Virus record (IMG/VR): IMGVR_UViG_3300020519_000004
DNA length: 56,235 nucleotides
Origin: an uncultured virus (IMG/VR IMGVR_UViG_3300020519_000004)
Lineage: Duplodnaviria; Heunggongvirae; Uroviricota; Caudoviricetes
Reading direction: 5' to 3' (one strand)
Numbering within the stretch: the first letter of the stretch is position 1; every line of letters starts with the position of its first letter. The notes under the pieces were generated by a model. The model did not search any database and was not told the DNA's origin. It worked only from the letters and a program-made list of their open reading frames with translations. Below, piece by piece: positions 32,805 through 44,542 of this stretch. The position numbers and the translations under genes are program-made.

Positions 32805-34022
32805 ATGTCTGAACAAACTTACTCTGTTATAAGAAAGCAGATAGTAAAAGCAAAAAACATGACCCATGCAAGAATGGTATCAGAAGGATATGATAACTTT
32901 CCTGGCGAAGTGCTACATGATGATTGCGAAATAATAGAAACTGGAATAACAGAAGTGTGGAACGAAGAAGAGCAAGACGCTCAAATCTTCTTAGATAGTC
33001 ATGAAGCCACAGCCGCTGATCAATCTATCTTTTTAAGATCTGAGAATAGACGTTTGGCTAAAATAGCTGAAAAGAATAAGAACGTAAAAGATGAAACAGT
33101 TTATGCAGTATATCAAGCTGCATTCGATGCTTTTTCATCTATAGAAACTGCTCCCATTAAAGGCCCAACACTTAAGGTGTTACCAGGGGTTCCTGAAACA
33201 GCAGTAGCGGTATTTGCGGATTGGCAATTGGGTAAGATAACTCCTGATTATAACTCTGAAGTTTTGGCAGAAAGAATAGAAGTTTATACTCAGAAACTGC
33301 TAGAAATAACGGAAATACAAAGGAAGCATCATCCTGTTAAGAATCTTCACGTATGGCTATTGGGTGACATCGTAGAGGGTGAAGAAATATTCCCAGGACA
33401 AGCTCACCTTATAGATTCTGGACTCTATAGACAAGTAGGCGTTAACGGTCCAGCAATTCTGAGCAAGTTCTTTGACACTGTATTGCAACACTTTGAGCAT
33501 GTACATGTTACTGGCGTGATAGGAAATCACGGCGCAGTAGGCGGACGTGGTAGAAAGATGCATGATCCAGAAACAAATATGGACAGACTGCTTTACAAGT
33601 CGATGGAATTCTTTTACAAAGAAGGAAGACAAGAGCCAAGAATAACCTTTAATATTCCAGATGGAAAAGGCGAAAGACACTGGTATGCTGTAGACACTAT
33701 AGGTAACTACAGTTCCTTGCTAATTCATGGTGATCAAATGCCTGCACCAGGACAATATCACGGCTACTATAAGAGGGCAATGGGGTGGAAAGATGGCGCA
33801 ATCCCAGAGCACTTTGAAGATATATTTATGGGCCACTATCATCAGCAATTTAAAATGACCATAGGTAGCTCAATGCTCAGGGTCTCAGGTTCACCAGAAA
33901 GCTACAACACCTATGCTCAAGAGTATTTTTCCTCAATGAGCAGACCGTGTCAGCATTTGATGTTCGTTCACCCTGAGAATGGAGTTACTTGCGAATACAG
34001 CATTTGGCTAGATGCGGTTTAG
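32805..34022 (+). CDS. Calcineurin-like metallophosphoesterase (405 aa)
   Basis: All five motifs present: ADWQLG, LGDIVEG, GNHG, IHGD, MGHYH; N-terminal coiled-coil-like region. Confidence 0.85.
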   Translation: MSEQTYSVIRKQIVKAKNMTHARMVSEGYDNFPGEVLHDDCEIIETGITEVWNEEEQDAQIFLDSHEATAADQSIFLRSENRRLAKIAEKNKNVKDETVYAVYQAAFDAFSSIETAPIKGPTLKVLPGVPETAVAVFADWQLGKITPDYNSEVLAERIEVYTQKLLEITEIQRKHHPVKNLHVWLLGDIVEGEEIFPGQAHLIDSGLYRQVGVNGPAILSKFFDTVLQHFEHVHVTGVIGNHGAVGGRGRKMHDPETNMDRLLYKSMEFFYKEGRQEPRITFNIPDGKGERHWYAVDTIGNYSSLLIHGDQMPAPGQYHGYYKRAMGWKDGAIPEHFEDIFMGHYHQQFKMTIGSSMLRVSGSPESYNTYAQEYFSSMSRPCQHLMFVHPENGVTCEYSIWLDAV

Positions 34023-34033
34023 GAATTTAATAA

Positions 34034-37000
34034 ATGAAAACCTATTTGTTAAACTTTAACACTGGAGACTTCACTAAGAGTAATAATTTGTGGACCTCCA
34101 GTGTAATTGACCTTTATTCAAATAAGTTTTATAAAAACTTCTCATACACTAGGTCAGCAACTGGTTTAAATTCACTAGGTGATTACACTTATACTGGAAC
34201 TAGCATAATACAAGGCGCCACTCCAACCATAGAAGGTGCGTATGCAGTTACTGACGCTGGAGAACTATATCTTGATCCTGGCGTAAGTCCCCATCTAATC
34301 TTTAATTCAAACTCAGTCAGCGGTGACAGCCTTGTTTTTGATGCAGACAACAGTTCAACACCAATTTTTACAGCTGATTCAGAAGAAGATTATCTCTATA
34401 GATTTATAGATACAACCTCCCGTATTGATATAAGAACTTTTAAAGGAGCTTTTTCTAGTTCTTTAAACAGTATTGAATCAATTACTTTTGATTTAAATAT
34501 ATACGAATCAGACAGCCAAAATCGGACCATGGCTACTAGCAGTAACTACCACTTCTAATGCCTTAGGATCAATACTTCTATCAAAAGACGTAAAGCGATA
34601 TGCAAAATTTGAAGTAGTAGTAAATACAGAATTAGAAGTATTAACATCTTTAAGTTTTCTTCTTATAATAGAAGTAGCTATATCGGAACCTTCTAACCCA
34701 GTAATTTCACGTTCAACAAAAAATGTACTAGGCAGATTCCCTTCATGGATGCACCTATATGAGGACTCAATAGATCAGGCTACCCCCAGTTTATATGTAC
34801 CAAAGTCAACGGCTGGCAAATTTTTAAATGCGGTTGTTGGTGAAGACTTAGATAATTTTGACAGAGAAATAGATATATTTAGAATCAACTCTTTCATAGA
34901 AAGAGCTGACGTTAATCAATTAGCCTGGTTGTATTCTTCTACGAATATAACAAATGTTTTTAATAAAGTATTATCTAATGGAGTTTTGGAACTTGCAAGA
35001 ATTGATAATCTTGTTGATTTCTATAAATTAAAAGCATCTGATGATGTTTTCTATCACAACCCTTTAAATAGGGAAATTCTAACAATAAAATCATATGGAG
35101 ATCTCTCAATAAAGAGCGAAAATACTGGAGTCGTAACTCCCTTAACTCAAACACCAATATTAAGATACAACTGGTTTGATGAAATGGGTGCAAGAGTTGG
35201 CTTATTTAGAATGCATCTTGAATCGAATGTTTCCTATAAGGAAAGGATTTTAGATGTATTTAAAAATCCAAATGGCGCCGATATAGAATCATTTAAAAAA
35301 GTTCTTAGAAGAGAGTTGAATCTTTGGAAGGCTTTTGGCGCTACTCCGTCTTCTAGCTATCCAGGTGCAACACCTGAAATTTTAGAAATATCAGATATAG
35401 AATATTCAACTCCATATTTTACTGCAGATGGTAATCCAACTGATCTATTTAAAAAATTAGTAGATGATTTAAATGTAAGATACCCTACAAATTGGGGATA
35501 CTTTAGATTTGGAGATAGCATTTGGGACTACGCTGGAGAGGATAATGAAGGCGTTAATAGAATCCGCTCTAGATACTATGATGAAGAAATTGCAATACCA
35601 TATTATCAACCAGGAGTTGGAGACTTAAATGACGCTGGATTATTTGTCACTAACTATGATGCAACTCCTCAGTTTTTTGAAACTTCAATAGTTGCTAAGG
35701 GTAAAAAAAATGTTAGCACTTCTTTAAAGTATGAACCAGTAAAACTTCAGTATGAGTATTACGGTTCCTATGAAATTACCGAATACAATAATCCAGCAGC
35801 TACTGTAAATTTAACTCTTGAATTTAGCGCTACCCCGCACGGATCATACGCAACGCCAATAACATTTTTTGCGCCGCTCACATTCTATCCAAAGAATAAT
35901 TTTGGTCCAACTCACTCAGCTTACCCGGAATATAATTCTATAGAAATATTTGATACAGAAGGATATGTTTCATCAAAATATTCACTAAAAGAAAAACAAA
36001 CATTATCTGGATATAAAGATACAAAAAGTTCAATTAAAACATCTAGATTAGAAGTGTCTGAAATAGAAAACATAGTTATTAAAAATGGATTATGGAATGG
36101 CTCAACTTATGCAACGCCAAACTCTAATAACTTTGAAGCAAAGTTTTCTCACAGAACTGCGAATCTAATAAGCAGTACGACGTTATTATCAGCAACACCA
36201 AACTTTGCCCAAAGTACGCAACTGCAACTTCTTTCAAAACTATACAATCCAGTTCAAGTAACCAAATATACAACTCCTCAAGAGTCTGAAATTATAATTA
36301 ATAATGTTGCTACACCACCAAGTGGTTATTCAATTGATCATAATAGAATTGTCTCTAATATAATCATGCCAGTAGGAGCAACGCCAAGACAGATATTTAT
36401 TAATAACTTGAAACCAACAAGCGTAGACTTAGATTACCTTGATGACAATTCAGTTTTCTCTGGCTATGGTGGTGTTTCTTATTATCTAGAAACTGACAGA
36501 GAAGTATTTATTCCATCTTCACCTAACTTAAGCATAAGATTTAATAGTTCAAATCTTGCAACACCTAGCTCTAATGCTAAAATTGGAACAACTACAGTAA
36601 ACGGATCTGCCGCGACTGCATCATATTACTTTACTCAACTTAGCTATCCATATACCAGTACTCCGAATTCACTTACGGTATCAACTCAAGATAGCTCAAT
36701 CTATCCATTTGAGATAGTTAATTGGGATCCCTTTGAACTAACACATGCTTCTCCTATCTCTGGATACGTTGATGAATATGGGGTAATAAGTTATAACTCG
36801 TTAAATGGTGAATATGTTCCAGGGAAAAATACTAATTATATTTCACTGCCAGAATTAACAAGAGAAGGTTTTGGTCTATCTGGTTCTGAAAAATTTAAAT
36901 ACTTCTTTGAAACAATTGAAGTTTTAGATCCTGAATCTGTAAATGTATCAGTTTGGTCAGAGCAAAAAATAGTTAATCCATTTCTAAATAGAACGTATGT

Positions 37001-38813
37001 ATTGAATGCTAATGATATTTCTAGCATTTATGAAGACGCTAAATACACCACAAAGAGTTTAAGATATCCAGATAATTCAATTTCTGAATCATACGATTTA
37101 GAAAGAAATACTACAGTATTTAATAATTTTATAGTCAGAGGAAAGCTCTACGACGCAAGATTAGATGCCAGAATTAATACTGGTTGGATTCATTTAGACA
37201 ATGATGAGTATTACGTCTACGCTAAGCCGGTAACTGAAGTAGAAACTGGAGTATTAAAAGAGGTAACACTAAACAATACTCCTAGGCAGGGTGCTCCAGT
37301 CGTGGTAAATGTCTCTTTGCTTGGTTCAGCAACTCCTGAAATTTATACTGAGGTGGGATTCCCTGATGAGGCTTCTCCAAGGCATTTTGGATTCTATAAT
37401 ACAGAAGTACTACAGCCTAAATTTGATAATAGCTTTCATCTTGGTTATAAAAATGTTTATAATCTTTCTATTACGGATGGTTACACTGGAGAGCTTCTAT
37501 TCAGCAATCTTTCAACAAATAATTCATTTATTAAGTTAGATAAATCTACATATGAATTTAAGAAGGATAGAGACTATTATATAAAGTATAAGGTTGTTAA
37601 TTCGTATTATGTAGATAATATCCTTGATGGTTCTTCATATTATTCAAAGATAGTTTTTGATGCTACTCCTAACGCTACAATGAACTATGAGATCACATAT
37701 GAATCTTCGATATATCAAGATTCAACACCTCTTGATCTGAATTTTGGACAGACAAGTTCGCTTTTAGAAAAGGGCTACGTAATTGCATCAAGTGCAACAT
37801 ATGACTTTGACAGAATAAGGGTAGTTGTTTCGCCAGGTTATATCTTGGACGATGGAAATGATTATATAACCATAAGCATAATTTCTTTAGATACTGAGGG
37901 AAACCCAAAACCATATCAAAGCTTTAGCCTTTCTTCTGAGCTGCATCAGCTTGCTTTTGATAACAGTATCATAACCACAGATGATGAAGGGTTTGCTTCT
38001 ACGAATGCAGTTTACCAGAGTGGAAATATCGTTGAGAATAAGAATGTTAAAATCCTAATTAGCGGAGTGACATATCCAGCCAATCCATTAGCACACCCTG
38101 ATAGTGAAACTAATGGATCTGTCTACACTGAGTTTATTCCAGTATATTCTTCAAGATTCGAAGATGCAGCATTGTTAGCTTCGGCAAACCCAAGCATTAT
38201 TAATGCCGATGGAGTGTCATCGACAACTATATCTGGAATATTAACAGCCGACAATGCACCAAGTGAAAATAGTGTAATTTACTGGAGAAAATCTAGATAT
38301 CTATACTCAGCTTTAAACGAAGTATCATATAGTCAATCAACCTTAAGGCCAGATAAGAATACTACTTCAGGCATTGTTTATACTGACAATAATGGAAAAT
38401 TTGAAATAGGTCCAATTCCTTCACAGGAAAGAGCTACTCCTGGATATTGGTTTATGGCTATCGATTCTGAGTTAGGCTCAACTCCATCCTTGACTCCGAA
38501 TACATCAGTTGGCGATGTTCTATTCTGGTACGAATCTTACGATAATGTAGACATCAATTTTGTGCCTGGATTAAAGATACCTGATATAATTAACCATGAT
38601 ATTAGTAAATCGTTGAATATATATTCCACTCCAACGTTTAGAATTAGTTACTATAATGAAAACATAGTAGACAATACTGAATCGACGCCTAGATGGACGC
38701 CGCCACAATGGCTGCCAATTTCAAGATACGACCAGTATCAAGCTGGATATTTTGGTGCAACCCCATATGTTATTTCAGATTATTCTAACTTAATAAAGGA
38801 TTATGAGGATTAA
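34034..38813 (+). CDS. Large baseplate wedge/tail structural protein (~1592 aa) with Ig-like segments, +1 frameshift at CGGA 34523-34526
   Basis: ORF 34034..34558 joins 34749..38813 by skipping C34523; 34524-34748 is stop-free. gpI-like WFDEMGARVGLFR...ESNVSYKERIL; Big-like SANPSIINADGVSSTTISGIL. Confidence 0.6.
34523..34526 (+). other. +1 recoding site 9: AAT-CGGA
   Basis: Window 34497-34555; gives ESDSQN-G-PWLL. Confidence 0.85.
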
Positions 38814-38815
38814 TT

Positions 38816-41800
38816 GTGGATAAGTTTAATTTAAATATTGACAACAGTAGTCAAAAAAAGATAAGAAAAGTAAATAATTTACCACTAGATGATTCCTCAA
38901 CCGCTTTAGCTTGGTTTAATTCAAAGCCAGTAACTCCAGCGAATAACATTTCAGTAACAGATTTGTCCAATTTTATACCAGAGAATTCATATTCTTCAAA
39001 TATTAATGCTTCAAATAGATCTGCAAAAAATAAAATAGTTTTTGCTAACGAACTAGGCATACTAGAAGATTCAGATGGCTATACCGTATTTGATTCAGAC
39101 GACATCAGCGTAAGTGATATATTTTTAAATGAACCTGGATTAGATAAGAAATACTACACTGGAGATATAGAAAAAAATGGATTTGTTCATTCTTTTTATG
39201 TTTCTAGATACTACACGCTCCTACCAAGGAGCTCTTACGGGTATGATGGACTTGATGATTTCTTACTAGAATCTAGTGTTCCAAAATCAATTAAGGTCAT
39301 TGATAAAAATGGTTTTGAGTATGTAGATCAATCTACTGGCTTAAAAAAATATAGAATATTAATTGAGGAATTAGATTTACCAATCTATTCAAATAGATCC
39401 AACTTACCTTCTAAGATAATAGTTTTATTTGATAGCCCATCTCCAGTGGATTTATCATTGGTTTATGACAAGGTTGTACTATCTTCAACTGAGTCAATAT
39501 CTTCAACAGTTCCTCAATATAAAGAAAATATTAACACTGTTAGTATTTTTAATAGAGTTGCAGAGGAATCAATTGTTGTAGATAATTCTTCTAGATCAAA
39601 AAAAATATATAGCAAAAAATCTATTACAGCAAAAAATAATTTAATCAATAGCACCAATGCTAGAGCAGAAGGCTTTGAGATCTTTGTCCCTAAAAAAGCC
39701 TTATCAGACAATAGAACTTATGAGTCTTTTAACTGGAGATTAATAACTAAGGTTAAAAGATCCGTCGATGTTTCCTCTATAAATAATGGTGAAGAAATAG
39801 ATTCAGAAAGTTCTATAAAACAAAAAGTAATTAACTGCGCAGTACTATCAACAACAGCACAGATAGCTGGCATGCAACAGTCTAATGACTTTGGCGCAGC
39901 AAACCCGTATGCCTTTCTAAGGTTAGGGCAGTCCCCATTTAACGCATCTAAGTACACATATACGAACCCACTATCGGCATCTAGCGATGTCTATGGTAAG
40001 AATCAAGCAATGTATTGGCTGTTAAACGTAGACACTGTTACCGATGATCAGCTGTCTTTATACGATATAGTAACTTGGACTCCTAGTTCCCCAATAACAG
40101 CAGAACAGGGTCTAAAGGTAAAGAAGTACCTAGAGCAGACTCAGGGAACACTGGTATTAGATTTATCAAAGCTTTCCGTTGTAACAACACAGGCAATTGA
40201 TTATACTGGCGCACAATCAATAGATCCATCCTTATCGGTCAGTGCCCAGGAATATCCGCTAGATACATGGACTTATAATCAGGAAAATATTTTTCTTAAT
40301 GAAAATAAAACTAATGCCTGGCCAATTAACCCAGGTATTTTTGAAAGATTAACTGTAGACAATGTTAACTACGATGTATATTCAATATTTGGAAGAAGCA
40401 ATCTTTCTAATCTTACAACTAAAAAAACAGTAAAAGAATTTACTGGAAATATTGCAGCCAAAAATGTTGTATTAAGCAATTCTAGAAGCAAGCCAGTATT
40501 CGTTAGTTTAGAGTTTGTCCCTTCTACTGATTCATTATCCAAAGGCGCACTACTGGCCACAACTACACCCATGCTTAAGTATTGCAATGACATATACCAA
40601 CCATCTTCTATCTTTGATATAGCAACAAGTAACAATGGTCCAACTAGCATAGCTCAAGCTACGTTTACTACTGTAGCAGCAATAGAAGGTCCAATGAAAA
40701 TGCTATACAATGCATGTTCGGTTGCATTGTTAAATAGAATATTTTCAACTAAGGTTAAAGATCTAAGATCGTCAATGTACTATCAGGTTTCAAATTGGCA
40801 ATCTTCATATGTATTAAATGGGAACGTCTTACTAGAAGACGAGAAGAAAGAAGTATATTCTCTTATTAAAGTAGACAATCAAAATGCTGTTGGAACTTCA
40901 AAATATGCAAGGAATTTAATTCCTAGTAATTCTTCAGTATTAGAATTTTATAAAAAATCTATTTATGACTTTTTGGCTGATCAACATAGCATCTCCCTAC
41001 AAGAGATTGATTCTAGTAATTTAGAATTTTTTATAGAGGTAACAAATGATGATGTACAAATCGCAAATGCTACTCCGATAAAAGGTGGAAACGCTGTTTA
41101 TATAGACGTTGTACGAAGTGGTACAGAGATACCAACTTCTTATCGTTTATTTAAAATAAATAATGATAGCATAACTGGAGCAGTTTATGCCTATACCGAT
41201 TCTCCGTCAGCTCAATTTACTATACCTGGTGGATTTGGTCCCTATGTTATAAGGGAGAGACTGTATAGATCATCGACCAAAGAAATAAACGATGGACTTT
41301 CTAGTTCAATATCTTCGTCTAATAGTTATAAAAATTATACGTTTAATTTTTCTATCTTCAATTCTTATAATCAGTCAAGTGAATCAACGCTAAGCTTTAG
41401 TGCAAATTGGTCAGCAGTTATGACCGCAGAATATACAGCAACACTATCAAGACAAGCAAGATATGAAGACGTTTTTCCACCTGGTTCTCGCAGGATAGCA
41501 GACGACGTTTCTATCACTAACACGTTTGAGACTGGAGCAGCATTTTCGGGTGCAGACAGAATAGACGCCTATAGGAAAGGGATAAATAGTACCGACCCAG
41601 TTAATAACTTTTTATATACCGGAGATATACAACAGGGTAATATCATCGGAGCATACGGTCCGGGTAAACCAGGTATGCTAGCTGAATATATTAAGTATAT
41701 ACAAATAAGTATGAGGGAAGCTGGAATATTAGTTGCCGGAAAACTTCCTGAATTAACTGGAAAATATGAAACAAATACTTTTAATGCAGTAAAAGCTTTC

Positions 41801-44542
41801 CAGTCATCGGTTAACGCTAGGTTTGAATCCGGAACAGTTGATAGCGAAACTAAGTCATTAATTGCAATTCACATTTGGAAATCCATAAAGAACTCTGATC
41901 CAACCCGATATAGTTCAATAATATCTAGATTGCAAGCAAATAACCCAACAGTTGTTAAGTATGTTGTAGCAGCTGCAGATGCAATAGAATTACATGAGCT
42001 TCCTAATAGAGATTGGAATTATAGAAAGATAACTTTTACTGGACAGTCTGGTCCTAAGAAATTAGTAGATTCAATATTTCTTGCGGTTCCATTTGATCAA
42101 ATTCCATTTGATGGAATAACGCAACAAGATCTAAAGGGTCAAGTCCTTAAATCTGTAACTATATATCCTGGAACATTTGCGGGTGCGCCGAACTATAAAG
42201 GAATAGCCCTTAAGCAAGCCGTGGTTTACTCTGGAGTAGATCGAGCTGGCGAGCAGAGAATCAAGGGCGCTGCAGAATATACGACTAGTCCATTTAAGAT
42301 TGAAGTTAATAGGCCTATGTCAGAGTGTATGTTCTTTGCTTTCCAGTTTAATGGTGGTTCATTGGGAGGAAAACATGGTTCATTTGCTGAAGGATATTCT
42401 TTAAATAAGGTTACATTTGAAATTGGTTACACTCTAGATACGTTTAATGCTGAAACAATAGTTGAAAGTGGTTATAGATTAGATACAACTACAGCTCCAG
42501 TAGAAATAAAGTTTAATGTAGCTGGATCAGTTACTGGTATATCTCCAAATAAGGCTGAAGTCATAGATCTAAATGGAGTTAAATCTACCAAGTATGCAAC
42601 AACGCCAGTATCGATAACATATCCTACATGGTCTGGGGAAAAAACTTTAGATCTATCAAATACCACAATTAACTTTAGTAGCACTTCATATAGTCCACCA
42701 TATACACCTTACTCGGATTCTAATTTAGAACCTCAGTATAAAGATGAATCTATATCAATAAACTTAACACAGGCAAAAGCTGTATCAATAAATTCAAATA
42801 CCTTTGCTGCTACTAGTGTTGTTTCAGCGACTGGAAACCCAGTAAATAGTTCAGATTTAAATCTAAGTATTTCTTCGAATAGATTAGTTTTTGAGACTTC
42901 ATCTCTTATATATGAAAATTCAAACGTAATCAAAAGCGCCGAGAAACTTTTAGATAATTACTGGTTAATGAAAACAGATGGTTCAATAATAAAGTCAGCA
43001 AAAAAAGCAATTTCTGTTTTAGATGGTTTGGTTCTTTTAACTCAACCAAGTTTAGACCCAGATAAAGTTGGCAAACCGTATGGCATAGAACTTCAATCTT
43101 TTGTAAATACTCTTTCTACTGATCGAGAATTTAATACAGATTATGGATCTTTTATATTAACAAATAATGCTAGAGATGATGGTGGTTTTATTTATGGGTT
43201 CTATGATAATAAGAAAAAAGAATTTTTAGGTACGAATCTTTATTATGTAGATTATATTTCAAGAGGTCCAGAAAACGTTTATATCGCTGCACTAGCAGTA
43301 GATGCAGATGGAAATCTTGGAAATGGATTAGACTTCTTTGGACCAAAGACTTCTGGTAAAATAATACCTTCTTCTATACCCGTAAAGATGGCATGTCCTA
43401 TATACAATGTTGAATATGTTCCATCATCAAGAATAGGCATATCATCGATTCCACCAAATCTTTCAAAGCTTCAGCAGTGGCCATTGTATATAACATCTGG
43501 ATCTTTTACAAAAGACATATACATAAACCCAGCTTATGGTTGGACTTCTTGGGCTGAGAAGTACACAGGTAAAGTGTTAAGAGCTACGTATTCAACCTTA
43601 AATATGGGTAACGTGATCTGGTCTCAGATTGCTGGTAAGCCATATATTACCATAATTAATGAAACACCAATAGTTTTATCATCTAAGAGATATCAGTTAA
43701 TGCAAGTTCCTGTAGCTACTTTTGTAGAACCTTCGCAGATGGAATGTGGATCAGTAGTTAATTGGGTTGATTTTGAAACAAGAGAATCAGTTGACTCACC
43801 ATGGACGGCGGTAGATTCAAATCTTATAAGAAATATTAATTCTCAGACTGGAATAGTTGATTTCATTACACCCATAACGAGTGACCCAGATCTAATAAGG
43901 GTAAGCTACACTGCTAAATCAAATGGTATTCCACTCAAGCAAATTAACGGCAGAGTTATTCCATTAAATCCATTTCTTAATAAAAATACAGTAGAAGCAG
44001 AAAAGCCTCTACACATATATATTAAACCTATAAGAATAGAAGTTAGAAGCTCTAGTCAAGCTGGCTATGTTTGGGATTATGTTAGTGACTATTTATATGA
44101 TTCTCCAATAGATTTTACTTATAATACTTCTATTTTTGATCCATATAATAGCGTTAACTACGATCCATTTTCTCTTCAAATAGGACTGGTTCACGTATTG
44201 AATTCTGTGGATATTAAAGATTTAGCTATTGAAGATTTAAGATTAAAAGGCGGAGGATTAAAGGCTACTATGGGTAAGACTATAGATGTACAATCTTATG
44301 GATCTCTCGATATAAACAAGGTCTTTAAAGAAGTCAAAGAAGCATCTTCATTCTGGGATGTTTATCCACCAGATCAACAGGCATATTCTAAGGGCGGATT
44401 CATTATAATAAAACTTCCAAAAGAAGTATTAAATAATTTTACTAGTGAAGCAGAGTTGTATAGTATAATAAGTAAGAACATAACCGCTGGTGTAGCATAT
44501 AAGATTCAAGATATGGAAGGAAATGATTGGGGTGTATTATAA
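38816..44542 (+). CDS. Large virion structural protein (1908 aa) with a peptidoglycan-binding domain
   Basis: GTG start after GAGGA. PGBD-like YIKYIQISMREAG...TGKYETNTFNAVKAFQ...GTVDSETKSLI (~41687-41863); beta-rich Ser/Thr composition. Confidence 0.55.
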   Translation: MDKFNLNIDNSSQKKIRKVNNLPLDDSSTALAWFNSKPVTPANNISVTDLSNFIPENSYSSNINASNRSAKNKIVFANELGILEDSDGYTVFDSDDISVSDIFLNEPGLDKKYYTGDIEKNGFVHSFYVSRYYTLLPRSSYGYDGLDDFLLESSVPKSIKVIDKNGFEYVDQSTGLKKYRILIEELDLPIYSNRSNLPSKIIVLFDSPSPVDLSLVYDKVVLSSTESISSTVPQYKENINTVSIFNRVAEESIVVDNSSRSKKIYSKKSITAKNNLINSTNARAEGFEIFVPKKALSDNRTYESFNWRLITKVKRSVDVSSINNGEEIDSESSIKQKVINCAVLSTTAQIAGMQQSNDFGAANPYAFLRLGQSPFNASKYTYTNPLSASSDVYGKNQAMYWLLNVDTVTDDQLSLYDIVTWTPSSPITAEQGLKVKKYLEQTQGTLVLDLSKLSVVTTQAIDYTGAQSIDPSLSVSAQEYPLDTWTYNQENIFLNENKTNAWPINPGIFERLTVDNVNYDVYSIFGRSNLSNLTTKKTVKEFTGNIAAKNVVLSNSRSKPVFVSLEFVPSTDSLSKGALLATTTPMLKYCNDIYQPSSIFDIATSNNGPTSIAQATFTTVAAIEGPMKMLYNACSVALLNRIFSTKVKDLRSSMYYQVSNWQSSYVLNGNVLLEDEKKEVYSLIKVDNQNAVGTSKYARNLIPSNSSVLEFYKKSIYDFLADQHSISLQEIDSSNLEFFIEVTNDDVQIANATPIKGGNAVYIDVVRSGTEIPTSYRLFKINNDSITGAVYAYTDSPSAQFTIPGGFGPYVIRERLYRSSTKEINDGLSSSISSSNSYKNYTFNFSIFNSYNQSSESTLSFSANWSAVMTAEYTATLSRQARYEDVFPPGSRRIADDVSITNTFETGAAFSGADRIDAYRKGINSTDPVNNFLYTGDIQQGNIIGAYGPGKPGMLAEYIKYIQISMREAGILVAGKLPELTGKYETNTFNAVKAFQSSVNARFESGTVDSETKSLIAIHIWKSIKNSDPTRYSSIISRLQANNPTVVKYVVAAADAIELHELPNRDWNYRKITFTGQSGPKKLVDSIFLAVPFDQIPFDGITQQDLKGQVLKSVTIYPGTFAGAPNYKGIALKQAVVYSGVDRAGEQRIKGAAEYTTSPFKIEVNRPMSECMFFAFQFNGGSLGGKHGSFAEGYSLNKVTFEIGYTLDTFNAETIVESGYRLDTTTAPVEIKFNVAGSVTGISPNKAEVIDLNGVKSTKYATTPVSITYPTWSGEKTLDLSNTTINFSSTSYSPPYTPYSDSNLEPQYKDESISINLTQAKAVSINSNTFAATSVVSATGNPVNSSDLNLSISSNRLVFETSSLIYENSNVIKSAEKLLDNYWLMKTDGSIIKSAKKAISVLDGLVLLTQPSLDPDKVGKPYGIELQSFVNTLSTDREFNTDYGSFILTNNARDDGGFIYGFYDNKKKEFLGTNLYYVDYISRGPENVYIAALAVDADGNLGNGLDFFGPKTSGKIIPSSIPVKMACPIYNVEYVPSSRIGISSIPPNLSKLQQWPLYITSGSFTKDIYINPAYGWTSWAEKYTGKVLRATYSTLNMGNVIWSQIAGKPYITIINETPIVLSSKRYQLMQVPVATFVEPSQMECGSVVNWVDFETRESVDSPWTAVDSNLIRNINSQTGIVDFITPITSDPDLIRVSYTAKSNGIPLKQINGRVIPLNPFLNKNTVEAEKPLHIYIKPIRIEVRSSSQAGYVWDYVSDYLYDSPIDFTYNTSIFDPYNSVNYDPFSLQIGLVHVLNSVDIKDLAIEDLRLKGGGLKATMGKTIDVQSYGSLDINKVFKEVKEASSFWDVYPPDQQAYSKGGFIIIKLPKEVLNNFTSEAELYSIISKNITAGVAYKIQDMEGNDWGVL

